Source: a virus. Taken from it: a stretch of 64,000 nt of DNA. The notes beneath the pieces are model-generated. The model was given only the letters and a program-made list of their open reading frames with translations, was not told the origin of the DNA and did no database searches. Made by a program: the position numbers and the translations under genes. How positions within the stretch are numbered: the stretch's first letter is position 1; the number at the start of each line of letters is the position of its first letter. Location of the stretch: positions 1 through 64,000 of the IMG/VR virus record IMGVR_UViG_3300034104_003304; one strand, 5' to 3'. Below, one piece after another: positions 37,006 to 45,203 of the stretch.

Positions 37006-37088
37006 CCTTATAAGCGGTGGAAGTCAAAAACGCAACTGGACGTTAGACCAGTATAGGTTGTCGGTTCCACTAACTAGGAGAAAATGTA

Positions 37089-37460
37089 ATGGGTTTGGAT
37101 CAGTTCGCATACGCTATCGATAAAGATAATAACAAGACTGAGATTTGTTATTGGAGAAAGCATCCTAATCTTCAAGGGTGGATGGAAAACTTGTGGCAAA
37201 GCAAGGGTCGCCCTAACGCCCACGAAGATAAGGATATTGCTGGTCTGAGTGATTTCAACTGTGTTCCGGTTGAACTTACTAAGGAAGATTTGGACAGTCT
37301 AGAGCAGAGTCTTGAATCTAATAACTTGCCCGAGACTACTGGCTTCTTCTTTGGTAGCGATAGTGATGATACTTATCGGCAGCAGGACGTAGAATTTATC
37401 AAAGCTGCAAGAAATGCACTTGACAACGGTAGCAAGGTAGTGTATGATAGCTGGTGGTGA
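37089..37460 (+). CDS. Conserved phage protein (MGLDQ...YWRK family)
   Basis: MGLDQFAY...YWRKHPNLQGWM...GFFFG...YDSWW. Confidence 0.75.
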   Translation: MGLDQFAYAIDKDNNKTEICYWRKHPNLQGWMENLWQSKGRPNAHEDKDIAGLSDFNCVPVELTKEDLDSLEQSLESNNLPETTGFFFGSDSDDTYRQQDVEFIKAARNALDNGSKVVYDSWW

Positions 37461-37632
37461 TTTAGCAACGAGGGAGATTGATATGACAAAGATAATTGGA
37501 ATTGGTACTGTCACGCCCAAGGGTACTGTGACGGCTATCAAGCGTGATGGTGTGGTGATTGTTGATAAGGGTGCGAAGGTTGTGTTGACCTTTGCCGAAG
37601 TTGAAAAGATGATGAGTGTCTAACTAAGGGAG

Positions 37633-37857
37633 ATGATTATGACTATGAATGTTTTTACTAACTTTTCGCTGGCTACTGGTAAGCACCTCGTTTGCAAGTA
37701 TCCCAAGCATGGACGGTTGAACGTGTTGAAGTTCCACAAGGGTACTGTTGAGAGTCTTGGATTCGGCCCGAATGGCCCGTATGCTAAGATTCGTAGTGAG
37801 GATAACACTATCCGTACTCTGCGATGTGACCGCATGGTTGATCCGGTTTGTTCGTAG
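37633..37857 (+). CDS. Small hypothetical protein (weakly WYL-like)
   Basis: IRTLRCDRM; RBS present. Confidence 0.6.
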   Translation: MIMTMNVFTNFSLATGKHLVCKYPKHGRLNVLKFHKGTVESLGFGPNGPYAKIRSEDNTIRTLRCDRMVDPVCS

Positions 37858-37910
37858 TCACTCCCTTGACTCGGCGGGAACCCTGTGTTACAATGGGGTT
37901 CCCGCTTCAC

Positions 37911-37986
37911 GGGGCGTAAGGTAAGCCGGTTGCATCCGACACTCTTATAAGGTGTTCATAGGTACGTTCGACTCGTACACGCCCTA
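37911..37986 (+). tRNA. tRNA-Ile(TAT)
   Basis: ggggcgt/acgccct acceptor; acact-CTTATAA-ggtgt; gtacg-TTCGACT-cgtac; atypical D-arm. Confidence 0.75.
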
Positions 37987-38458
37987 CTGTGATATGTTAT
38001 CACTGTCTAGGGAGATGAATTGATAGAAATTATGATTATGATAATCGTGTGGTCAATGCTATATCAAGGTGAATAAATCGGGAATATATCTTTATATAAT
38101 AAAGTAATCAATTTTCCCCCAACCATAACAGGGCAAACTATATGAAAATCGTAACCATAACTATGGAACTTGGTATTGATAATATGGAAGATGAGATTGA
38201 CTTCTCCAATAAGGAAGCAATCGCAGACTTTCTAAGTAAAATGTTATATGAAGATGCGGAGTGGTTTGGTGGGTTCGGACCTGAGAATATAACAGAAGTA
38301 AAGGATACCAATGGTTGAACTATCTGCTAATGAAATGTGGAAGATCCTAGACGCTATAACAGCATATAAAAAAGATTATGCAGTAAGTGGGGCAGTCCAG
38401 AAAACTATATCTGGTATAGAGAAAAAGTTGAGAACAGAGTTGAAAAAGTAGAAGTCGC

Positions 38459-38540
38459 CGTAAGTCCTTACCACCAAAGGGTTTAGGACAAACGCGGCCC
38501 GCCCCGCTCGTCGTAAGTCCTTATCTAGCAACAACTTACG
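38459..38540. repeat. 82-bp paired-palindrome element copy 9 (C-rich core)
   Basis: cgtaagtcctt-accacca-aagggtttagg / 24 bp / cgtaagtcctt-atctagc-aacaacttacg. Confidence 0.9.
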
Positions 38541-38615
38541 TCAAAAAGAAATTTCTAATGCTGACCCCTTGACACTGACGATACGTATGGTATCATTGGT
38601 GAAAAGGAGAGAGTC

Positions 38616-38837
38616 ATGGTTGCGATGAATGAAGATGTTGCCGACACGGTACTCGCGGTTCAGTGCAATGTTTGTGCTGCCGATCATATCATCTTTGTAA
38701 AGATGCACGATTATATCGAATGGAAAAATGGTGCAGGTTTTATTCAAGACCTTATGCCATACCTGTCCGATAGTGATCGTGAACTTTTGATCAGTGGCGT
38801 TTGTGGCCCGTGTTTTGATTCAATGTTTCCCTCTTGA
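38616..38837 (+). CDS. Small Zn-finger phage protein
   Basis: CNVC...IQDLMPYLSDSDRELLISGVCGPC. Confidence 0.7.
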   Translation: MVAMNEDVADTVLAVQCNVCAADHIIFVKMHDYIEWKNGAGFIQDLMPYLSDSDRELLISGVCGPCFDSMFPS

Positions 38838-38900
38838 CAAGCCGATAAGATATAGTATACTGTTGACACGTAGTTTGATTTCCCACTAGGAGTTTTGAAG

Positions 38901-40100
38901 ATGAGCGATTACAACAAGTTGACGATTGATTCTGACGTTTCCGCTGGTTCGTTCGTGCGTACCCTGCAAGGCAACACCGGTACGGGTTTCGCAGAAGGCA
39001 CCCATGTCCATAAGGATTGGTGGGCGAAGACGAAAACGTTTGAACAGGTCAAGCAGGATACGCAGACCGCGATTGATAACCGTGAGGATATTCTCACTGA
39101 AATCAAGAACATTTTCTGCACGAATGAGGGTGGTGATTTTTATTTCAAGCTGGCAGACGGTCGCAAGTTTCGCCCGACTGACCATGCTCTTGAGCAGTTC
39201 AGCACCCGCGTTGGCGTGACGAGTTCTTCGTTCCTGCGTGAGATGCGTAATATCGAAGGGTTCGATGGTAACGATAGCAACACGATGGCTATCGTTGGCA
39301 ACAATGCCATGCGTCGAATCGACCAAGATAAGAAGTTCCGACTGCGTACCTATACGGATGGAACGTGTCGTGCGTTCGTGACTGAGCAGTATGCCCCGAT
39401 TGATAATCGTTGGTATCTGGATGTTCTTGGTGAGTTTATTCCCGGTGGTCGTTTCAGCCACTGGCGTGGCGATGAAGATACTATCTATGGTAATGTTCTC
39501 ATCCCCGATACCATCATGGACTACGGTGCGGACGATAGTGACTACGGTGGCATGATCAGCGTGGGTAACTGTGAGATCGGCACTCGCCGCATCACGCAAA
39601 CGCCCAGCCTGTTTCGTGCTATCTGCATGAACGGTTGCATCTGGGGACAAACGGAAGGCCAGAAGATTCGTCGCGTTCATCGTGGCAATATCGACCTCGC
39701 CGCTCTGAAGTTGGAAATCGCTAAGAATATCCAAGATCAGATTCCTCTGCTTGCTCCTAGCATCAAGAAGTTTCTGGAAACCCGTTCGCTGGAACTTGGT
39801 AAGACTTCCGCGAAGAGTGTTATCGCTAGTGTTTCGTCGGATTATAAACTTAGTAAGAAGGAAGCAACGGAATTCCTTGAGCAGTTTATCACCTATGAAT
39901 CTGAACAGAATACGCTGTTCGGTATTATCAACGGTCTGACCCGTGCTGGTCAGAAGTTCGATAATAAGGAATGGGTGCGATTCGATGAGATCGCTGGCGG
40001 TCTGGCTCAGATGGATTCCTCGCAGTGGAATAGCGTTCTGCGTCGTGCGGATACCTTTACTCAGAAAGACTATGAGAAGGTTTTCGCTCTGACCGCTTGA
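38901..40100 (+). CDS. DUF932-family protein
   Basis: RAFVTEQYAPIDN, GNCEIG, FRAICMNG, TLFGIINGLT. Confidence 0.75.
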   Translation: MSDYNKLTIDSDVSAGSFVRTLQGNTGTGFAEGTHVHKDWWAKTKTFEQVKQDTQTAIDNREDILTEIKNIFCTNEGGDFYFKLADGRKFRPTDHALEQFSTRVGVTSSSFLREMRNIEGFDGNDSNTMAIVGNNAMRRIDQDKKFRLRTYTDGTCRAFVTEQYAPIDNRWYLDVLGEFIPGGRFSHWRGDEDTIYGNVLIPDTIMDYGADDSDYGGMISVGNCEIGTRRITQTPSLFRAICMNGCIWGQTEGQKIRRVHRGNIDLAALKLEIAKNIQDQIPLLAPSIKKFLETRSLELGKTSAKSVIASVSSDYKLSKKEATEFLEQFITYESEQNTLFGIINGLTRAGQKFDNKEWVRFDEIAGGLAQMDSSQWNSVLRRADTFTQKDYEKVFALTA

Positions 40101-40109
40101 GTATAATAG

Positions 40110-40171
40110 TGGGAGGGGAAGGGGCTGGTAGGACATTATCAATAAATTATCCTGCCAGTTCCCTAACCTCT
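40110..40171 (+). terminator. Long stem-loop after DUF932 gene
   Basis: ggggctggtagga...tcctgccagttccc. Confidence 0.55.
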
Positions 40172-40197
40172 CAAAATCTTGGGAAGCTGGTTCTCGC

Positions 40198-40329
40198 TGT
40201 AAGTCCGTTGCCCGTAAGGGTTTACGGCAAGCGGGGCCGGGGATATTTGATATAAATCCTTATTTGATAATGGTTTACGTCAAATCTAAAAGTGACTGAA
40301 CGTAAGTCGTTTGTTCTCAAGTACTTGCG
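40198..40329. repeat. Element copy 10 (40198-40279) plus a third palindrome (40301-40329)
   Basis: tgtaagtccgt-tgcccgt-aagggtttacg / 24 bp / tataaatcctt-atttgat-aatggtttacg / 21 bp / cgtaagtcgtt-tgttctc-aagtacttgcg. Confidence 0.85.
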
Positions 40330-40375
40330 TCGAGTGTGTCGATATGGTATGATAGAAGCATAGGAGGATGATAAA

Positions 40376-40696
40376 ATGGATAATCTAGGCAATATGGGTA
40401 GTCTGAGCGGTCTGGGAATTACCGTTCGGGGTGCGGATGTATCACCTAATATATTGGGGTCAAGTTATGGAGATACAGTCAGCGAGATTTCAAAAAATAA
40501 TAATATTGGAAGTTTGGTAAAATGGGAGAATGAAAATAAGAAAGAGATTGTATGGATGCTAACAGATAAACCCTATGAGGGAATAGTGGTCCATTCAGAT
40601 AATCTAATACAGGTAGGAACAACAACCAACCTCAAAGATTATATTTTAAAGCCGTTTATTGGAACAGTTAACATACACTCAGCAGTAAAGGAATAA
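40376..40696 (+). CDS. Hypothetical protein
   Basis: GGAGG RBS; N-terminus encoded by a 9-mer-like array. Confidence 0.55.
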   Translation: MDNLGNMGSLSGLGITVRGADVSPNILGSSYGDTVSEISKNNNIGSLVKWENENKKEIVWMLTDKPYEGIVVHSDNLIQVGTTTNLKDYILKPFIGTVNIHSAVKE

Positions 40697-40698
40697 TT

Positions 40699-41019
40699 AT
40701 GGCGCGATCAAAGGAAAATCCAAAAACTGAAAACCACCCTCACCGACGAGCATCTGATAATGTAGCTTCAGATGATGTGTGCTGCCTACTTTTTAAGCAG
40801 GTGCAAAAGCCCGAACATTATATGATGTGCAAGGCCACCAATGTATATGATAATAAATATCGTATTAATGTATATACTAAGCACGAAGAAGAGGGGCTAT
40901 TCAAGCAGCGTATTTCTAATAGCTACTTTGCCAAACTTAATGAAACAGGATCATTAGAAATTCTTATGGGCAATGAGCCGCCTGTCGAATCTAAAAATAA
41001 GAAGCATAAGATGTGGTAA
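40699..41019 (+). CDS. Hypothetical protein
   Basis: NVYDNKYRINVY; RBS. Confidence 0.65.
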   Translation: MARSKENPKTENHPHRRASDNVASDDVCCLLFKQVQKPEHYMMCKATNVYDNKYRINVYTKHEEEGLFKQRISNSYFAKLNETGSLEILMGNEPPVESKNKKHKMW

Positions 41020-41041
41020 TACTGTCTTAGCTTATTTATTA

Positions 41042-41162
41042 AGTTCTGGCCTGTACTGGTAGTCAGTGACAATACACTACTTGACACTTTGTGTAAGTTG
41101 TTGTATACTGACTCATGTACTTCCCAAATTAAACAGTTCTGGCCGCTACTGGTAGTCAGTGA
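41042..41162 (+). repeat. 28-bp direct repeat pair flanking a promoter-containing hairpin
   Basis: AGTTCTGGCC(TG/GC)TACTGGTAGTCAGTGA at 41042 and 41135. Confidence 0.75.
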
Positions 41163-41193
41163 GATTTGTATTTTTACTCTATAGGACATATAT

Positions 41194-41625
41194 ATGAAAC
41201 TGAAGCGTGGACAAAAACTTTGTAAGAATTGTCAGGAGATTAATGGCGCACGATCACACTCTTGTAAAAAGTGTAATTTTGAATTTGTTCCTGCTTCTAT
41301 AACTAAGAAGAATAAGTTTAAAACTAAGCGCCCCAAGAAGTTTGAAGAGATTGAGGATTGGAAGTCTCTTGCTGTTGGTGATACTATTAAGGTTATTGGG
41401 CGATCTGGTAACTACTATATCAACGACATGGGCGAGCGTATGTACATGAGTGATGCTGGAATATATACAGTATATAAACATGACTCTAATGGCTTGGTCG
41501 TACATAGTTCTAATGGTGGTTACGGGTATATCTATATGGGAGAAGAAGAACAATCTTCACTCATAGATAACATGTATCGTAGTCCTCATAAACTAATTAA
41601 GGTAAATATGCCCGTTAGAGCATAA
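41194..41625 (+). CDS. Zn-ribbon hypothetical protein
   Basis: CKNC...CKKC. Confidence 0.65.
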   Translation: MKLKRGQKLCKNCQEINGARSHSCKKCNFEFVPASITKKNKFKTKRPKKFEEIEDWKSLAVGDTIKVIGRSGNYYINDMGERMYMSDAGIYTVYKHDSNGLVVHSSNGGYGYIYMGEEEQSSLIDNMYRSPHKLIKVNMPVRA

Positions 41626-41721
41626 ACCGTAATATCACCTTTTAACACCATTTTATATACTAAAGCGCACCTATTCTGAGACAAATTGGGTCAAAATCGC
41701 CCAATTATTATAGGAGATAAT

Positions 41722-41994
41722 ATGGCTACCAAGAAAGAATTCTTAGAATACATGTCTATCATATATGATGATATATACGATAGCAATGAAACCTATTCCC
41801 TATTTAAATCTATTACTAAGCTCAAAGATAAAAACCAGTTAAACGAGCTACATGATCTAACACTCATGACCAAACAGCAGAGACTACAGTATAGATATGT
41901 TCTTGCTACTAATGGTAAGGAACTAACGCCCGATCAATTGGACCAATATATAACAACCATAGACTATGCTCTACGTAATAGAAAGATCACTTAG
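41722..41994 (+). CDS. Hypothetical protein
   Basis: AGGAG RBS. Confidence 0.55.
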   Translation: MATKKEFLEYMSIIYDDIYDSNETYSLFKSITKLKDKNQLNELHDLTLMTKQQRLQYRYVLATNGKELTPDQLDQYITTIDYALRNRKIT

Positions 41995-42338
41995 ACACTC
42001 TATACCTATACTCCCAGTACCTCTTAGAAATCTGATCAATATCGAATATTATTGTATTATGTGAAATAGCCACCTTAATATCAATGAATATCCTAACAAC
42101 CAAAGTCGTATTAGATGTATTCATGTATGGTAGTATACTGTATATATTATTAGTCTTGTTTTCATGTATAAGTATGATATTAGACGATAAGAAATAACTA
42201 TCCGTTTTAGGACCATTTTGAGCCACTGTAACACGTATTTTATGGGTTACAAGCCCAAAGGAAAATATAGAAAAGGGGATTAAGTGGGAATTAAACCCAC
42301 AAATAAAAAAGAAAAATAACTATTTATGGAGTATCACT

Positions 42339-42581
42339 ATGGAAGATATAAAACAAGAAATGAATGTTGTGATACAGGAATTAGAAAAGCAGGGAATAAA
42401 ACCCAATAGTCATACTGATCCAAATATGACGGGGCTTGGGGATGTGGTAGAAAATACATTAAAATCATTAGGGATCACAGAAGAGAAATTCAAAGCTTGG
42501 TTTAATCTTAAAGAGTGTAATTGCAGTAAAAGAAAAGCTTGGCTAAATAATCTATTCTCTTGGAAAAAGAATCAGTCCTAG
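42339..42581 (+). CDS. Small protein with GLGD...CxC motif
   Basis: GLGDVVE...ECNCSKRKAWLN. Confidence 0.65.
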   Translation: MEDIKQEMNVVIQELEKQGIKPNSHTDPNMTGLGDVVENTLKSLGITEEKFKAWFNLKECNCSKRKAWLNNLFSWKKNQS

Positions 42582-42653
42582 AACGTTTTAAGTTGACAAG
42601 TGCCTTTACCGATGTATAATAGGGTAGAGGCACTTATTATTTTGAGGTACAAT

Positions 42654-43565
42654 ATGAAATTTGGATTATGCTGTATAAGTCTTAATTTGCAGGAACTAGA
42701 CGAACCCGTTAAGTTCCAAACCATGACATTTAAAAGATTCTCTAGTCTGCCCAGACAAGAAGCATTGTCTATCTTGGGCGACCGTATTCTTAATAATATG
42801 GAGACTACCAATAAAATCATCCAATATTGTGGTGATAATAACTATGTTTATAGGATTAGTAGTGATCTATTTCCTCTTATTACTTATGATGAAGCTAACA
42901 TTGAACTAGAAGACTTACCAAATTATGATGATATTCAAGACTCTTTTGATAGTATCGCACAGACTATTGCCACTACTAATGTTCGCATTTCTTGTCATCC
43001 TAGTGAATTTAATGTTTTGGCATCCCTTAATAGCAAAGCCGTTGACAAAACCATTACAGAACTTAACTTCTATTCTTCATTCATGGACCGCATTGGATGT
43101 CCAGCAGACTATAGATCCCCAATGAACATCCACGTTCATAATAAGACCGGTACTTACAACGAAATACTAAACCGATTCATTACCAATTGTGATCGTCTTG
43201 ATAGTAATTGCAGGAATAGGCTTGTGCTAGAAAATGATGACAAGTTGGGCGGCTGGAGCGTTATAGAGCTAATTCATCAAATTCATGACATAACAGCTAT
43301 TCCTATTACATTTGATTATTTACACCATGCCTGTCATCCTAACGGTATAGATGAGGAACGGGCTATAAACGCTTGCTATAGGTCATGGGATGGCTATAAA
43401 CCATTGTTCCACTATAGTGAAAGTCGCCCCGGTAATAATCCACGGGCACACGCTGACTACGCCAATAATATATTCAATACATATGGTCTTGATTTTGATA
43501 TAGACTTTGAACTAAAGATGAAAGATAAAGCTATAGAAAAATATAATCAACTGATTACAGTTTAA
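42654..43565 (+). CDS. uvsE: UV-damage endonuclease UvsE
   Basis: FGLCCI, YRISSDLFP, RISCHP, LENDD, FDYLHH, HYSES, RAHADY, ELKMKDKA. Confidence 0.9.
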   Translation: MKFGLCCISLNLQELDEPVKFQTMTFKRFSSLPRQEALSILGDRILNNMETTNKIIQYCGDNNYVYRISSDLFPLITYDEANIELEDLPNYDDIQDSFDSIAQTIATTNVRISCHPSEFNVLASLNSKAVDKTITELNFYSSFMDRIGCPADYRSPMNIHVHNKTGTYNEILNRFITNCDRLDSNCRNRLVLENDDKLGGWSVIELIHQIHDITAIPITFDYLHHACHPNGIDEERAINACYRSWDGYKPLFHYSESRPGNNPRAHADYANNIFNTYGLDFDIDFELKMKDKAIEKYNQLITV

Positions 43566-43574
43566 GGAGACATT

Positions 43575-43898
43575 ATGGATAATCTAGTTAAAATTAAAAA
43601 TCTAACATTGGCAGCTAAACATCTTGGAAGAGATATTGCTAAACAAAGAAAAATACCAATGTGCAAATTCAAAGAATATATAACAGTAAAAGAAGTTAAA
43701 AATATAATTAGACAGTTTGGCTTACAGGATGAAGATGGAAGTATCCTAATAAACTATAAAATTCTTCATAAAATATGCGAAGAAATAAATGTATGGGTAT
43801 TAGGAATTGAATTATCTAAATTAGCAGCTTTAGATTCTATTGAAACTTATTGGGATGATGAAAGAAATTGTATGGTATTCTCTTATAAAAAGGATTAA
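43575..43898 (+). CDS. Hypothetical protein
   Basis: ORF with RBS. Confidence 0.6.
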   Translation: MDNLVKIKNLTLAAKHLGRDIAKQRKIPMCKFKEYITVKEVKNIIRQFGLQDEDGSILINYKILHKICEEINVWVLGIELSKLAALDSIETYWDDERNCMVFSYKKD

Positions 43899-43900
43899 AG

Positions 43901-44182
43901 ATGGCAAAGAAACTCTATAAGGCTCCAAAGCATTTTACAGGACACGTTGTAACAACCAAAACTCATTTTGGATCAACCGCAGATATGGTTGTTGACCATT
44001 CAGCATTTAAAAATGTTACTATTAATGAAGGACAGGTTCTATGTAAAGATGATTCTGGTTATTATATCACTCTGCTTAATCGTATTAATGATGGTCTAGC
44101 AGACCCAAATAGGTATGCAAATATTTCACAGCGAATTATCGTTGAAGAGGAACAAACGGAAGAAGTTTCCTCAAGCACTTGA
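43901..44182 (+). CDS. Hypothetical protein
   Basis: ORF in operon. Confidence 0.6.
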   Translation: MAKKLYKAPKHFTGHVVTTKTHFGSTADMVVDHSAFKNVTINEGQVLCKDDSGYYITLLNRINDGLADPNRYANISQRIIVEEEQTEEVSSST

Positions 44183-44231
44183 CAGTACAATGACGATACT
44201 GTACAATGGCATAACACTTAGGAGAAATAAC

Positions 44232-44471
44232 ATGACTTGGCGAGAATTGATAGCTTATATAGCAAAACAGGCAGAAAACCAAGAACCTGACTTTTTGGAT
44301 TCTGATATTAAAGTTTACGATTTCAATGATGGGTCAGAGTATGAAGCTAATGTGACAGAATTATTGTTTGGAGAAGATGAAGAAACGGGATGGGTTCCGT
44401 ATTTGACTATCAATCATGAAGGAGATGAGAATGACAACCAAAGCGAAACTGAGAAAGCAAGTATCGATTGA
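44232..44471 (+). CDS. Hypothetical acidic protein
   Basis: AGGAG RBS, upstream promoter. Confidence 0.6.
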   Translation: MTWRELIAYIAKQAENQEPDFLDSDIKVYDFNDGSEYEANVTELLFGEDEETGWVPYLTINHEGDENDNQSETEKASID

Positions 44472-44763
44472 TTTTCTTACACACACAAAGAATACGATTA
44501 ATGACATGCTCGGAACTCGTATTCCTCAGTCTACTAAACAAAAGCTTTGCATTCTAATGGAAAAGCTATTAGCGGAAACTAAAAGCTACGAAGGGTTTAA
44601 GTATCTTTATTGGAGCAGATATGGTTGTTTGGATTGGGAAGAAGCTAAATTGAAGGGTGTTTATAAAACTGTACCAGCAGAATATATAACTGGACCCGAT
44701 GATACTGGTAAGTTGGATTTTGTGCATGATATACAAGGTGAATACTCTAGGCTTTACATTTAA
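44431..44763 (+). CDS. Hypothetical protein
   Basis: AGGAG RBS. Confidence 0.6.
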   Translation: MTTKAKLRKQVSIDFLTHTKNTINDMLGTRIPQSTKQKLCILMEKLLAETKSYEGFKYLYWSRYGCLDWEEAKLKGVYKTVPAEYITGPDDTGKLDFVHDIQGEYSRLYI

Positions 44764-44774
44764 AGGAGAATACT

Positions 44775-45008
44775 ATGGACCGTTTTGATTTGGAAGATCA
44801 GATTATGAAGTCGGAAAATATTGCTGATGAGCTTGAAATGATTTCTTGTGCTATGCTGGAAGAGCAGATTACTCCAGATGAACTATCTAATGCTTTGATC
44901 GGCTTGGCTACGATTCATAGGATTAGGAACAAGCAGTTGTTTGAATGTTTTAAGAATGTTCTTGAACTTGATGAATATAGTCCTAACTTTTATGGTAGCG
45001 AAAAGTGA
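44775..45008 (+). CDS. Hypothetical protein
   Basis: MDRFDLEDQIM; RBS. Confidence 0.65.
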   Translation: MDRFDLEDQIMKSENIADELEMISCAMLEEQITPDELSNALIGLATIHRIRNKQLFECFKNVLELDEYSPNFYGSEK

Positions 45009-45203
45009 CTTGGACAGAAGTTAGGAAATGGGCTAAAGACCAAGGGTACTCAGCGACGAAAAGCGATGGGTACTCTTGGTTCAAGCTTGACAACCCAGAA
45101 CGATGTGGTAAAACTACAAGCGTAAGCAAGTTGGCATTTGCAATATATAACGATCTAACCGACAATAAATGGTTAGACTATCAAATAGCATACAAGGAAA
45201 AAT

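Noticed and set aside
38886-40142. 418-aa antisense ORF over DUF932 (and similar ones over rIIA/rIIB)
   Set aside because: Explained by strong codon bias of the sense gene; no RBS, promoter or motifs.
24286-40329. 82-bp repeats as a CRISPR array or classical integron attC array
   Set aside because: Intervals are 1-2.7 kb of promoter-bearing genes, copies are degenerate, there is no cas or integrase gene in the window, and no GTTRRRY/RYYYAAC ends.
41987-42330. AT-rich low-coding stretch as replication origin
   Set aside because: No iterons or DnaA boxes could be supported by eye, and it may hold small unrecognised ORFs.
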